NCBI GenBank assembly: GCA_963707025.1
Contig: CAVPOM010000012.1
Coordinates: 96,001-160,000 of the forward strand
Length of the DNA: 64,000 nucleotides
Direction: 5' to 3'
Source of the DNA: an uncultured Verrucomicrobiae bacterium
GTDB lineage: Bacteria; Verrucomicrobiota; Verrucomicrobiia; Limisphaerales; Palsa-1400
Made by a program: the position numbers and the translations under genes. Every line of letters begins with the position of its first letter. The stretch's first letter is position 1. The notes beneath the pieces are model-generated. The model worked only from the letters and a program-made list of their open reading frames with translations. It made no database searches and was not told the DNA's origin. This document shows, piece by piece, positions 29,672 to 41,359 of this stretch.

Positions 29672-31513
29672 ATGAGGAACTTCACGCGTATGAAAACAAC
29701 CACCGCCACAGGCAGTAACTCGATGTCCACGCGCCGCCGCCGCCGCCTCGCCCCGGTGCCGTTGACGTTTCTGGCTGCGCTGGCTTTGGCCCTCATTGTG
29801 CCCGCCCGCGCGCAGACCTTCAGCGATGCCGACTGGGGCAGCTTGGGCTCGGGGGTGAACGGCGTGGTCGAGGCATTGACGATGAGCGGGACCAATCTCT
29901 ACGTTGGAGGAGAGTTCACCACGGCGGGCGGCGTGGCGGTGAACGAGATCGCCAAATGGAACGGTAGCGCTTGGTCGGCCTTGGGCTCGGGCCTGGCTCC
30001 GGGGGGCACTGGTACTGTAGTCCGTGCGCTGGCGGTGATCGGGACCAATCTCTACGCCGGGGGAGCGTTCAGCGGGTCAGTAGGCAGCGTCGCCAAATGG
30101 AACGGCAGCTCTTGGTCGGCCTTGGGCTCGGGGATGAACGGCTGTCTCTACGCGCTGGCGGTGATCGGGACCGATCTCTACGCCGGAGGGACTTTCACCT
30201 CGGCTGGCGGGGTACCGGCCAACTACATCGCCAAATGGGACGGCAGCGCCTGGTCGGCCTTGGGCTCGGGGACGGGTGGCAACGATCCTTATGTCAATGC
30301 GTTGGCGGTGATCGGGACCGATCTCTACGCCGGGGGAAGCTTCAGCACGGCTGGCGGTGTTACGGTCAACGGGATTGCCAAATGGGACGGCAACGCGTGG
30401 ACGGCCTTGGGCTCGGGAATGGGTGCTTACTCCGCTTATCCTAGTGTCTATGCACTGGCCGTGAGCGGGACCAATCTCTACGCTGGGGGAGACTTCACAA
30501 ATGCGGGTGGGGTACCGGCCAACTACATCGCCAAATGGCACGGCACAGCTTGGTCGGCCTTGGGATTGGGGGTCTGCCCCTTTAGCCTGGCGGTGAGCGG
30601 AACCGATCTCTATGCCGGGGGAGCGTTCACCACGGCGGGTGGAGTTTCGGCCAACTACATCGCCAAATGGGACGGCAGCGCGTGGTCGGCCTTGGGATCG
30701 GGAGTGACTGGAGGTGCCTGGGTTCTTGCGCTGGCTGCTGACGGGGCGGGGCATCTGTTCGTCGGGGGAGGCTTCACCAATGCGGGCGGGGTGCCGGCCA
30801 ACAACATTGCCCAGGCATATATACCCTTCGCCCCAACCATCTTAACGAGCCCGCAACCTCAAACGGCGGAGGCAGGGGCCGCGGCGTACCTGGCACTGGA
30901 GGCCACAGGCAGACCGCTACCGGCCTATCAATGGTACTTTAACGACACCAATACGCTCAGTTGCACAAACTACCACCTGGTCTTGACCAATATCCCGTAT
31001 GCGCGTTCCGGCACTTACACCGTGGTCGTCACCAATGTTGCCGGGGCCGTGACCAGCGCGCCGGTCACGCTCAACGTCATCGCACCGGTGACTCGAAGGT
31101 CGGTGCCGGGCGTCAACTTGACGGCGCAGGCGGGAAACTTTCTCGGCCTTGATTACAGGGACAATCTCGGACCCGCAACGAACTGGCAAACAATGGCCAC
31201 GATGACCCTTTCCAATGCTTCGCAATTCTACTTCGATGTTTCTCAACCACTCCCGCCGCAACGGTTCTATCGCGCGTGGCAAATGGGAACGCCTGCCGTT
31301 GTTCCGTCGCTCGACATGAAGCTGGTCCCGGCGCTCACGGTGACGGGCAACGTGGGCGACTCTTTGCGCCTGGATTACATCAACCAGTTTGGCCCGACAG
31401 ACGCCTGGGTCACGCTGGCCACGGTGAAGTTGACCAACACGTCGCAGCTTTACTTTGACACGTCCAGCATAGGCCAGCCGCCGCGGCTCTGGCGGATTGT
31501 GCCGGTGCCTTGA
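29672..31513 (+). CDS. Secreted beta-propeller repeat protein with Ig domain and two C-terminal modules
   Basis: About seven repeats of ALAV.GT.LYAGG.F..AGG....IAKWDGSAWSALGSG; Ig (YQWYFN..SGTYTVVVTN); GAAAGGA RBS. Confidence 0.88.
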   Translation: MRNFTRMKTTTATGSNSMSTRRRRRLAPVPLTFLAALALALIVPARAQTFSDADWGSLGSGVNGVVEALTMSGTNLYVGGEFTTAGGVAVNEIAKWNGSAWSALGSGLAPGGTGTVVRALAVIGTNLYAGGAFSGSVGSVAKWNGSSWSALGSGMNGCLYALAVIGTDLYAGGTFTSAGGVPANYIAKWDGSAWSALGSGTGGNDPYVNALAVIGTDLYAGGSFSTAGGVTVNGIAKWDGNAWTALGSGMGAYSAYPSVYALAVSGTNLYAGGDFTNAGGVPANYIAKWHGTAWSALGLGVCPFSLAVSGTDLYAGGAFTTAGGVSANYIAKWDGSAWSALGSGVTGGAWVLALAADGAGHLFVGGGFTNAGGVPANNIAQAYIPFAPTILTSPQPQTAEAGAAAYLALEATGRPLPAYQWYFNDTNTLSCTNYHLVLTNIPYARSGTYTVVVTNVAGAVTSAPVTLNVIAPVTRRSVPGVNLTAQAGNFLGLDYRDNLGPATNWQTMATMTLSNASQFYFDVSQPLPPQRFYRAWQMGTPAVVPSLDMKLVPALTVTGNVGDSLRLDYINQFGPTDAWVTLATVKLTNTSQLYFDTSSIGQPPRLWRIVPVP

Positions 31514-33809
31514 ACCCGCAACCATCCACTCTCAACCACTTTATGAACCCAAAATCTGAATTCAAAAACGGATGGTGGATACGATTCAAAGGACCCCTGG
31601 CCGCGCGGGCCGGTGTGCTGTTGCTGTGCCTGGCCGCCGCCGACAGCCTGGCGCAAACTCAAACGGTGACGAGCTGCACAGAGGCGGCCCTTCGCTCGGC
31701 CATGGCGGGAGGAGGAACGGTCACCTTTGCCTGCGACGGCACGATCACGCTGGCCAATACGATTACGAATGCTTTGGACACCGTGCTCGACGGCGAGGGG
31801 CATCAAATAATCATCAGCGGCAACAGCGCCTGTCGGGTTTTTTTCGTGAACAGCAACGTCAATTTCACCGTGTTGAACCTGACGATTGCCAATGGTCAAA
31901 GCGATAATGGAGCAGGCATCTACAATGCCGGCGGCTGCTTCACCGTGCGGAACTGCGTATTTACCGGCAACACTGCTGTGGGTCAGGCTGGAGTGTCCGG
32001 CAGCCCCGGCGCCAACGGCTGCGGCGGAGCGCTGTTCAACGCCGGAGTTGCCACAATCGCCAATTCCACTTTGTCAACTAATATCGCTGTTGGAGGGACC
32101 GGCGGCAGTGGCGCAGATGGAGGAGGCGGTAACGGCGCCTCCGGCGGCTTAGGTTATGGCGGTGCGATTTATAACTCCGGCGAGGTGAGGTTGACCAACT
32201 GTACAGTTGAACGGGAACACCGCCGCTGGAGGGGCTGGCGGCATCGGTGGCAACGGCATCACCGGCGGCCAAGGCGGAGGGGACGGCGGCAATGGCGCAC
32301 CGGGCGGCTCCAGCTATGGTGGCGCCCTATTCAATGGTGGAGTTGCAAGATTAGCTAACACGACAATTAGCGGGAATGCGAGCACTGGTGGCTCCGGGGG
32401 CGGTGGCGGAATGGGCGGTAGTGACGGCTATTACCCTCCTCATTCCGGGGCTGATGGTGGCAAAGGTAACGCCGGCGGCTCCGGTTCAGGCGGCGGTATC
32501 TATGATCTGACTGGCCAATGTTTCTTGACCAACTGCACGCTCGCCTTCAATGCGGCGATTGCGGGTGAAGGGGGAGCTGGCGGAGCAGGCGGTGATGGGC
32601 AATTCAGCGGCGGAGTTCCTGGTCTTCCTGGCCCTGCTGGCTCCGCCAGCGGCGGAGGCATCAACGCAAACGGCGGCTCATTCCTGATCAACGCGCTTTT
32701 AGCCTCCAACGCTCCCGGCAACGCCTCCGGCGGCATCATTGACGGCGGGCACAACCTTAGTTCGGACAACAGTTGTGGCTTTAGCCACGTTGGCAGCCTG
32801 AACAACGCGAACCCACTGCTAGGCCCGTTGATGGACAACGGAGGCCCCACCCTAACCATGGCGCTGATGCCGGGCAGTCCGGCCATTGATGCCGGTGACA
32901 ACGGAGCCGCCCCGCCAATAGATCAACGGGGTGTTCCGCGACCAGTCGGTTTGGCGTCTGATATCGGCGCTTACGAATGCGGTCCGCCGGGCATAATCAT
33001 GCCTCCGCAAACTCAAAGTGTAGCCTCAGGGTCCACCGTTGATTTCTCTGCGTCCGCCGCGGGTTACCCTCCCCTGAGTTATCAGTGGTTTTTCAACGGC
33101 GCCACCGTTATCACCGGCGCCACCAATTCCGTTCTGCACCTTGTCAACGTCCAACCCTCCCAGTCCGGGGCGTATGCCTTGGTGGTGACCAATGCCCTCG
33201 GAGCGGCGACCAGTTCGCCCGCCATGCTCGACGCGGTTTTCCGGAAAGTGACGAGATGCACAGAAACCATCTTGCGTTTGGCACTGGCCGAAGGAGGAAC
33301 GGTCAGGTTTGCCGGCGACGGCACGATCACGCTGAGCAATACAATTGTGATCGGAACAAACACCGTGCTCGACGGCAGTGGTCGGCAAGTGACCATCAGC
33401 GGCGGCAATCTCGTCCGGGTGTTCTATGTCAATACTAACGCAACTCTCACCCTGGTCAATCTGACTATTGCCGATGGCTTGAGCACAAATGGGTATGGCG
33501 GAGGGATTTACAATGAGGGCACGTTCAACGCCACGAACTGCCTTTTTGCCGCCAATACGGTCCAGAGCGCGGAGGGCGGTTACATGGGCATTCCTGCTCA
33601 GGACGGCTGCGGTGGTGCGGTGTATAACTCTGGCGCGCTGAACCTCATTGATTGCTCATTCGTCTCGAATTCTGCCTGCGGTGGGCAAGGAGGTAATTAC
33701 GCCGCCGGCGGCGGAGGAGGAGGTGGGGGTGCGGTGTATAACTCCGGAGCACTGGACATCGTTGATTGCGTGCTTATCCGGTTGATTGACAACTTTGGAA
33801 ATTTAGTGA

Positions 33810-34301
33810 TTGACAAAATTTAGGCGGGAGGAAAAGCTGGCCGCTGTGAACGGCAAATGCGCCAATCCTCTCAATGTTGGCTTCCGTGTCTGGATCGAAG
33901 CTGGACTACATGAGCACGGACATGATAAAGTGAATGTCCCGCCCCAGACCAGTGGCACGGTTATTCGAGTGTGGCAGGAGTTTTACACCATTGACCAGCG
34001 CCTTTACCGGATCAAATGGGATTCCGGTCAGGAAAGTGTCCACTACTGCACAGAGTTGACCTCCATCGGGCAGAGTCACAGTTTGAGTGATTTCCTTAAC
34101 CTTATTGAATCGCAGGCGGCCAGGATGAATATTGTGAGAGGGCCAAACGGTGGGCTGCGCAGAGCAAAGATAATCCTCAAAAATAGCGATTGGATTGATG
34201 GCCTTTATGGGTTGGAAGAACGGTTGGCCGCAATTGGTGTTCCCATACAAACCGAGATTATTGAGAGAAAAAAGCGTTCAGCACCCCATGCTCACTATTA
34301 A
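33810..34301 (+). CDS. Hypothetical passenger protein in IS1595 (start uncertain)
   Basis: ~150-160 aa ORF; GTVIRV..YRIKWDSG suggests an SH3/KOW-like barrel. Confidence 0.55.
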   Translation: MTKFRREEKLAAVNGKCANPLNVGFRVWIEAGLHEHGHDKVNVPPQTSGTVIRVWQEFYTIDQRLYRIKWDSGQESVHYCTELTSIGQSHSLSDFLNLIESQAARMNIVRGPNGGLRRAKIILKNSDWIDGLYGLEERLAAIGVPIQTEIIERKKRSAPHAHY

Positions 34302-34520
34302 AACAAACTCTTTAGGCTTAACGGGATTGCGCCGCGCCCAGTCAAGAATGTCCTTTAGATGGCGCTCATCACAGGCGCTGGCGCACAGCGTGACAATTGG
34401 AATGCGCAGCCTTTTTTCACCTCTCTCAAGGCCCTCTTCGTTATTGCGGATGATGTCCGGCAGATCGCCGAGAATTTGGACTTTTTGGTCCCATGTGAGT
34501 TTTGGGGTTTTTAAGTTCAT
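34278..34520 (-). CDS. Small hypothetical passenger protein in IS1595
   Basis: 80 aa ATG ORF downstream of the transposase on the same strand. Confidence 0.4.
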   Translation of the reverse strand: MNLKTPKLTWDQKVQILGDLPDIIRNNEEGLERGEKRLRIPIVTLCASACDERHLKDILDWARRNPVKPKEFVLIVSMGC

Positions 34521-34626
34521 AATATGAAAACAAAAACTGTTACCCCTTCACCGAAAAATCGGCTCAAGAGGATGCGACGGATGTTCGACAAGAACCGGAC
34601 GATTCTAGCCGAGGACTACGAGCATT

Positions 34627-35646
34627 TCACGCAGCGTGCCGCCACTCCCCTGAGTAAAGCTGGGCATACGTCGGAGAAACAGACCGCGCAGCCAATCCAA
34701 GAACCGAGTTAAACGCCGTCATTGGATAGAAGCGCCGATTGAAGCGGAAGACATATTCATTGAGGTACGCCTGCAAATGATGCTGGCCAATGGCTCCGTG
34801 ATGGGTTCCAAGAATCCAAGTTTTGAGATTGGAAAAGACTAGGTGAATCATCGGGAGATGGCCTTCGGCTTTGTCGGGATCGCCAGACAACGCCAGTGGA
34901 TCGTGAAGATAACCGAGTGACGGAAGCGCATCGTAGCCCGTCCAGGCATCCGTCCGAACGGTCGCATTCTCCGCGATAGTCTCAGAGATAAACGGAAGCA
35001 AGTCCTCTGCGCCGCGAGAGGCGACAACGCGAAGCCGTAACCGGCCCGCATAAACGAGTTTCTTGAGTGGCACGCCGCCTGAGTGAGCTTGCTTATATTT
35101 GGCGGCGCGTTCCTCGGAATCTTTCCGCTCCCTGACTTCGACGGCCCCCACCACTACAGCCATGTGGTGAACGCCACTCCCCTCCCCGCGTGTGCGGCCA
35201 CCGACAAAGCACTCATCTACCTCGACAGGATGCTCTGTCCCAATGCGGTCCCGCTCAGGGCGAACCATTCCAGCGCGCAGTTTGTGGAGAATCTGAAAGG
35301 CAGTCTCATAGCGCGTAAGGCCAAGTTGTCTTTGGAATTGAAGAGCTGACTGGCCGGGTGTTTGAGTTGTGGCGAGATACGCCGCCCAGAACCAAGTTGA
35401 AAGTGCGCTATGGGTGGACTCCATCACTGTGCCAGCGGTGAGTGACGCATTTTTCTTGCACGCGCGGCAACGAAGGACTATAGAAGAACGAGTCGGAAAG
35501 CGATACGGCTCCCCGACATGCTGGCACTTGGGGCAAGTGAAGCCATGCGGCCAACGAACAGACTCAAGGTATCTGGCGCAAGCATGATCGTCCGGGAATA
35601 CCTTTTGGAATTCCGGGAGACTGGTGGGGAAGCCACGAGGGTCCAT
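34627..35646 (-). CDS. IS1595-family DDE transposase
   Basis: Zn ribbon RWPHGFTCPKC..CRAC..SLTAGT, VEVDECFVGG, VRTDAW, HLQAYLNEYVFRFNRR. Confidence 0.95.
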   Translation of the reverse strand: MDPRGFPTSLPEFQKVFPDDHACARYLESVRWPHGFTCPKCQHVGEPYRFPTRSSIVLRCRACKKNASLTAGTVMESTHSALSTWFWAAYLATTQTPGQSALQFQRQLGLTRYETAFQILHKLRAGMVRPERDRIGTEHPVEVDECFVGGRTRGEGSGVHHMAVVVGAVEVRERKDSEERAAKYKQAHSGGVPLKKLVYAGRLRLRVVASRGAEDLLPFISETIAENATVRTDAWTGYDALPSLGYLHDPLALSGDPDKAEGHLPMIHLVFSNLKTWILGTHHGAIGQHHLQAYLNEYVFRFNRRFYPMTAFNSVLGLAARSVSPTYAQLYSGEWRHAA

Positions 35647-35674
35647 AAAATTATGAATATTAGAAAAGACAGCA

Positions 35675-35923
35675 CTATTCCTGATTATGCTCTGGGGGCG
35701 GCTCATCTGTTAGCCCCGATTCCCGAAGAGCCTTTCGGTAAAGGTCGCGGCGCAGTTGAGCAGATTCTTCCGCCCAATGGGCCTGGACTGTTATCGCGGG
35801 AACGCCCCGGTGGGCCGCAACAAGTTCCACCAGGAGCAGTTGATTCTCATAAACATCGGCCTGAAGGCAGGCCAACTTCCATAAGACGGATCTGGCGAAC
35901 GCTTTCTGTTCTGGTGTTTCCAT
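35675..35923 (-). CDS. Small helical hypothetical passenger protein in IS1595
   Basis: 82 aa ATG ORF directly upstream of the transposase. Confidence 0.45.
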   Translation of the reverse strand: METPEQKAFARSVLWKLACLQADVYENQLLLVELVAAHRGVPAITVQAHWAEESAQLRRDLYRKALRESGLTDEPPPEHNQE

Positions 35924-37078
35924 CCCGAAAATTACGCTAAAAAATCGGGATTTGTCAACCAACCGGATAAGCACGGTTGATTGCTCATTCGTCTCGAATT
36001 CTGCCCTCGGTGGGCAAGGCAATCTTCAAAATTGGGAATTCGGCATGGGTGGCGGTGGTGGTCGTGGTGGTGGTGGTGCCATCTGCAATCTGGGAGGTAT
36101 GGTAATTGAGCGGAGTCTGTTCGCCAGCAATTCTACCGTCGGTGGCGTTGGCGGGGTTGGTCATGACGGCGGGAACGGAGATTCGTACGACTGGCCGGTT
36201 CCCATGGCTGGACCAGGCGGCCCCGGTGGTGACGCTTGCGGTGGAGCGCTTTTTGTCGGCGGCCCTTCCAGTTTGGTCAATTGCACTCTAACAGGCAACC
36301 AAGCCCTCGGAGGTTCCGGTGGTCAAGGCGGGAGCGGTGCCACCTTTTACAATTTTGAGAACGGGCAGGTGACATACTTCCCCCCCGGTGGCGAAGGTTC
36401 TGGCGGCACAGCCAGCGGAGCGGTGTGCGACGCTACGGGAGCGCTTCGTCTGACCAATTGCACGATAGACTTTAATTCCAGCGTTGGCGGTCCCGGCGGC
36501 GGTGTGTCTGCCGGCGCGCTTCAAACGGCCAACGGTGTTTTGGTCAATTGCCTCCTGGATGGCGACTCCCCCACGAACGCTACCGGCAGCATCGCTGACG
36601 CGGGACACAACCTTAGCTCCGACGCCAGTTGCGCTTTTACCAACCTCGGCAGCCTGAACAACATAGATCCAAAGCTGGGCCCGCTGGCGGACAACGGGGG
36701 CCCCACGCTGACCATGGCCTTATTGCCCGGCAGCCCGGCGATTGATGCCGGGGATACCTCTCTTGCCCCGCCGACTGATCAACGCGGCTTCCCCCGGCCA
36801 GCCGGCCTGGCTGCCGATATCGGTGCTTTCGAATACGGCTCGGTCATGCCGGCTCTCGCCGTCAGCCGATCCGGCGCCACGGGTCTGAACATCCTGGGCC
36901 GGGGCAACGCCGGCCAACCCTGCCGCTTGCTCTGGAGCTCGGATTTATCGTCTTGGGTTCCGATGGCCACCAACTGCCTCGGCAGCGACGGAACGATTCT
37001 GTTTCACGACAATTGCGCCCCTGGCGGTGCCTGCCGCTTTTATCTGCTGGTCATGCCATGAGCCTTCTCAACCACTTT

Positions 37079-38697
37079 ATGAGCCCAAAATCTGAATTCA
37101 AAAACGGATGGCGGATACAATTCAAACGACCCCTGGCCGCGCGGGCCGGCGTGCTGTTGCTGTGCCTGGCCGCCGCCGGCAGCCCGGCGCAAACTCACAC
37201 GGTCACGAGCTGCACAGAGGCGGCTCTGCGCTCGGCCATGGCGGGAGGAGGAACGGTCACCTTTGCCTGCAGCGGCACGATCACGCTGGCAAATACAGTG
37301 GTGATCGGAACGGACACCACGCTCGATGGCAGTGGCCAGCGAGTGACCATCAGCGGCAGCAATGTCGTCCGGGTGTTCTATGTCAATACTAACGCAACTC
37401 TCACCCTGGTCAATCTGACCATTGCCAATGGCTGGAGCCTGGATTGTTATGGCGGTGGCATTCACAATGAGGGCACGTTAAACGCCACGAACTGTCATTT
37501 TGTCGCCAATACGATCCAAGGTCCGCCGGGCCTCTACCCGGGCGCTCCTTATGCGGCCGGTGGTGCGGTTTATAACACCGGTGCATTGAACATGATTGAT
37601 TGCTCATTCGTATGGAATTCTGCCGGTGGCCTCTCGGGCGTCGGTTTCGCACCACCCGGAATGAACGGAGGGGCCGCCGAGGGTGGCGCCATCTACAATT
37701 TAGGCGGCATGGTAATCGAGCGAAGTCTGTTCGCCAGCAATACCGCCGTCGGTGGCGCTGGCGGGAATGGTCAGAACGGCGGGAACGGAGATTCGTACGA
37801 CTGGCCGGTTCCCATGGCTGGACCAGGCGGCCCCGGTGGTGACGCTTGCGGTGGAGCGCTTTTTGTCGGCGGCCCTTCCAGTTTGGTCAATTGCACTCTA
37901 ACGGGCAACCAGGCCACCGGAGGTTCCGGTGGTCAAGGCGGGAGAGGTGCCACCTTTTACAATTTTGAGAACGGGCAGGTGACATACTTTCCCCCCGGTG
38001 GCGGAGGTTCTGGCGGCGCGGCCAGCGGAGCGGTGTGCGACGCAACGGGATCGCTTCGTCTGACCAATTGCACGATAGCCTTTAATTCCAGCGTTGGCGG
38101 TCCCGGCGGCCTTGCCGGCAATGGCATTCCAGGAGCCAGCGGCGCGAGTGCTGGCGCGCTCCAATCGCCAAACGGTCTTTTGGCGAATTGCCTCCTGGAT
38201 GGCAATTCCCCCACCAATTGTAACGGCAGCATCGCTGACGCAGGATACAACCTTAGCTCCGACGCCAGTTGCGTTCTTACCAACCTCGGCAGCCTGAGCA
38301 ACATAGATCCAAAGCTGGGCCCGCTGGCGGACAACGGGGGCCCCACGCTGACCATGGCCTTATTGCCCGGCAGCCCGGCGATTGATGCCGGGAATACCTC
38401 CCTTGCCCCCGCGACCGATCAACGCGGCTACCCGCGGCCGGCCTGGCCTCCGACATCGGTGCGTTCGAATACGGCTCGGTGATGCCGGCTATCGCCGTCA
38501 GCCGGTCCGGCGCCAGCGGTCTGAACATCCTGGGCAGCGGCAACGCCGGCCAACCCTGCCGGTTGCTCTCCAGCACGGATTTATCGTCTTGGGTTCCGGT
38601 GGCCACCAACTGCATCGGGAGCGACGGAACGATTCTGTTTCACGACAATTGCGCCCCTGGCGGTGCCTGCCGCTTTTATCTGCTGGTCATGCCATGA
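37079..38697 (+). CDS. Secreted Gly-rich beta-helix / choice-of-anchor-Q-like paralog (frameshift near 38440)
   Basis: Long blocks near-identical to the 31543-37061 gene; about 4 nt missing near 38440 relative to the paralog separates the last module. Confidence 0.8.
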
Positions 38698-39232
38698 TCC
38701 AGGCGGCGGCGGCGGCCAGGTCGTCCACCACCACGGCGGCGGCCAAACGCGGGTCGCCGGACTTTTCCACTTCCCGCCCGTAGCCGGTGCGGACCAGAAT
38801 GCTCTTCTTGACGCCGGCGTTCCAGCCGCATTCCAGGTCAATCATTTTGTCTCCCACCAGGTAACTCTCCTCCAGGCGCAGGCCGAATTCATCGCGCGCG
38901 TCAAGCAGAAACCGGGGGGACGGTTTGCGTCCGCGCGAGGGCTGCTCCGGCGCTTCCGGGGCAATGTAAATCTTGTCCAGGCGCACGCCCTCCCGCGCCA
39001 GATCGGCCGCCAGGCGGGCGTTGACTTTGGCCACATCCTCCAGGGTGAAGCGGCCGCGGCCGACGCCGGATTGATTGGAGACGATGAACAACTTGAAGCC
39101 GGCCTCCTGCAAGCGCCGCAACGCCGCCGCCGCTCCGGGAAGAAGGGCGACTTCCTCCGGGCGGTGCAGATATTCCTTTTCCTGGATCAGAGTTCCGTCC
39201 CGATCCAGGAAGATGGCGCGCGGCAGATTCAA
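38687..39232 (-). CDS. gmhB: D,D-heptose 1,7-bisphosphate phosphatase (HAD IIIA)
   Basis: AIFLDRDGTL, VSNQSGVGRG, RKPSP, VGDK..D; probable TTG start. Confidence 0.88.
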   Translation of the reverse strand: MNLPRAIFLDRDGTLIQEKEYLHRPEEVALLPGAAAALRRLQEAGFKLFIVSNQSGVGRGRFTLEDVAKVNARLAADLAREGVRLDKIYIAPEAPEQPSRGRKPSPRFLLDARDEFGLRLEESYLVGDKMIDLECGWNAGVKKSILVRTGYGREVEKSGDPRLAAAVVVDDLAAAAAWIMA

Positions 39233-39525
39233 GCTGAGGATGTATAACAAACGGGAGCGTGGGATGCAAATTGCGGATTGCAGATTGCCGCAGTCGCCGC
39301 GCCCGGCAGGGCTGCCAATGAACCAGGCGATGGGACAAACACCGGCGCGAATTCTTTTTACCGGAGGAAAGACAAACGCGAGCAAGTGTGCTTTAATGGC
39401 TGCGTGAAACGAGATGTGAAACACGACAGACGGCCAGCCTTCATCCCGCCCCGCGGGAAGAGCACGCTTGCAGCCCGCGCTCCTCAGTTTGCATTTTGCA
39501 TTTATCATTTTGCCTTTCCCTTCCC

Positions 39526-40314
39526 ATGTCCTTTTCATTTGTTTTTTTAGGCTCCGGCACCTCCCAGGGCGTGCCGGTGATCGGGCAGGAATATCCGCCG
39601 GAATTCCTGGCCAATCCAAAAAACCATCGCACCCGCCCCTCCCTCTATGTCGCCACCCCGCACATCAAACTGGTGATTGACACCACCCCGGAATTCCGCC
39701 TGCAAATGCTGCGCGAGAATATCCGCTGGCTGGACGCCGTCCTCTTCACCCATTCCCATGCCGATCACATCATGGGCCTGGACGATTGCCGGCGCTTTTG
39801 CGATCTGCGCGGCGGGACCGGCCTGCCGATTTATGCCGGTGAAAAAACGATGGAGGATTTGCGGCGCGTCTTCCAATACGCCTTCGCCGGCCAGCCCATT
39901 CCCAAGGGCTATTTCATCCCCGAGCCCCACCTCATCAACGGCCCGTTCGCGCTGGGCGATTTGCAAATTGTTCCGCTGGCCCTCCCCCACGGGCGCACCG
40001 TGACCAACGGCTACCTTTTTTTGCAGGACGGCAAAAAACGCCTCGCCTATTTGAGCGATTGCAAGGAAGTGCCGCCGCCGGCGGTCGCGGAAGTCCGCGG
40101 GGTGCAGGCCGCCGTGCTCGACGCCTTGCGCCGCGCCCCCCATCCCACCCACATGTGCCTGGACGAGGCCCTGACGGCGGCGCGGCGCATCGGCGCGGGT
40201 CAGACTTACTTCACCCATTTGACCCACGATTTCGATCACGACCTGGCCCAGGCCGAATTGCCCCACGGCGTCCAGTTCGCCTACGACGGCCTGCGGGTGG
40301 ATCTGGCCGCATGA
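39526..40314 (+). CDS. MBL-fold metallo-hydrolase, PhnP-like
   Basis: [32 protein letters not shown]. Confidence 0.92.
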   Translation: MSFSFVFLGSGTSQGVPVIGQEYPPEFLANPKNHRTRPSLYVATPHIKLVIDTTPEFRLQMLRENIRWLDAVLFTHSHADHIMGLDDCRRFCDLRGGTGLPIYAGEKTMEDLRRVFQYAFAGQPIPKGYFIPEPHLINGPFALGDLQIVPLALPHGRTVTNGYLFLQDGKKRLAYLSDCKEVPPPAVAEVRGVQAAVLDALRRAPHPTHMCLDEALTAARRIGAGQTYFTHLTHDFDHDLAQAELPHGVQFAYDGLRVDLAA

Positions 40315-40315
40315 C

Positions 40316-41323
40316 TCAATTCCCCAAATTGCCGCGGCTGGAATAGCCGTCTCGGGAACCGTCCTGCGCCAGCAACAGAGTTCGCATCTCCGGCCTTAAT
40401 CGCTCGATCCTCCCGGCTCCGGGCGCCCCCTCCACCAGCAGGGCCGTGGACAGCGCATCGGTCTCCGTCGCCGATGGCAGCGCCACCGCCGCCAGCACCG
40501 CCCGGGCCGCCGGCTCGCCCGTGCGCGGGTCCAGCACATGCCCGTAAGCCTTCCCGCCCGCCTCGAAGGTTCTTCCCCAAACCGCCGAAACGGAAAGTGC
40601 CTCATCCCGCAACCGCACAACCATAGGGGCCATGGGGGCCATAGGGGTCAAACCATACTCCTTAGGGGTCAAACCATATATTTGCTCATTTTCGCTGCTT
40701 TCCGGGCCTGACGCCACCGCCACCTGCCACGCCTCCGCCCCCGGCGGCGTGCCGATGGCGTAAGTGGTGCTCGTGCCGCCGTGGAGCAAGGCGCTCCTCA
40801 CCCCGCACTCCCGCAGCAGGCGCGCCGCGCAATCAATCGCATGCCCCTTGCCTATCGCCCCCAGATCAATCATCACCCCGGCGCGATCAAAACGGACCGA
40901 AAAATCAGCCCCATCCAGGCTGACATGGCGCATCCCCACCAGCGCGCGCGCCGCGGCCAGTTCCTCCGGCTCCGGCAAATGCCCCTGGCCGCCCATGAAG
41001 CCCCAGCAGCGCACCAGGGGGCCGATGGTGATGTCGAAGGCCCCGCCGGTTTCCTCATGCAATTGCCGCGCCTTTTCCAGCAAACCAAACACCGGGGGAC
41101 TGACCCGCACCGCCTGCCGCGCCGCCAGCGCGTTGACCCGCGCAATCTGGCTGGTGGGACGGTACAGGCTCAACTGGGCTTCCAGCCGGTCCACCTCGTC
41201 CAGCGCCTCCTCTCCGGCCGCCCGCAAGGCCGCCTCCTTTCCGCCGTGCAGCAAAATCTCAAACCGCGTCGCCATGGCATGACGCGCCACCTTCACCATC
41301 CCATCATGCGTTTCGCTCTTCAC
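40316..41323 (-). CDS. apbE: FAD:protein FMN transferase ApbE
   Basis: AMATRF, GAFDITIGPL, DLGAIGKG, GHVLDPRTG, DALSTAL. Confidence 0.92.
   Translation of the reverse strand: MKSETHDGMVKVARHAMATRFEILLHGGKEAALRAAGEEALDEVDRLEAQLSLYRPTSQIARVNALAARQAVRVSPPVFGLLEKARQLHEETGGAFDITIGPLVRCWGFMGGQGHLPEPEELAAARALVGMRHVSLDGADFSVRFDRAGVMIDLGAIGKGHAIDCAARLLRECGVRSALLHGGTSTTYAIGTPPGAEAWQVAVASGPESSENEQIYGLTPKEYGLTPMAPMAPMVVRLRDEALSVSAVWGRTFEAGGKAYGHVLDPRTGEPAARAVLAAVALPSATETDALSTALLVEGAPGAGRIERLRPEMRTLLLAQDGSRDGYSSRGNLGN
40621..40686. repeat. In-frame stuttered fragments of the MITE end inside apbE
   Basis: GGGGTCAAACCATATATTTGC (40665-40685), GGGGTCAAACCATA (40644-40657) and 9-bp CCATRGGGG echoes. Confidence 0.75.
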
Positions 41324-41359
41324 TCTCCACCCGCCGGATTGGGGGGTGCAATGTCAAGA

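Larger units (their letters stand above)
33769..35975 (-). mobile_element. IS1595-family element (2207 bp) with passenger ORFs
   Basis: IRs CGTGCTTATCCGGTTGATTGACAA / TTGTCAACCAACCGGATAAGCACG; 8-bp target duplication GTTGATTG (33761-33768, 35976-35983). Confidence 0.93.
31543..37061 (+). pseudogene. Large secreted Gly-rich beta-helix / choice-of-anchor-Q-like protein, interrupted by IS1595 and frameshifted near 32210
   Basis: GGA(I/L)YN repeats; LGPL.DNGGPTLTMAL.PGSPAIDAG..DQRG..R..DIGA.E twice; Ig domain; the frame resumes (VDCSFVSN) after the IS. Confidence 0.85.

Noticed and set aside
29820..30810. Regular ~150-bp repeats as a possible array
   Set aside because: In-frame coding repeats of a beta-propeller protein.
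34524..34712. 62 aa plus-strand ORF within IS1595
   Set aside because: Overlaps the transposase 3' end in antisense; no supporting motif.
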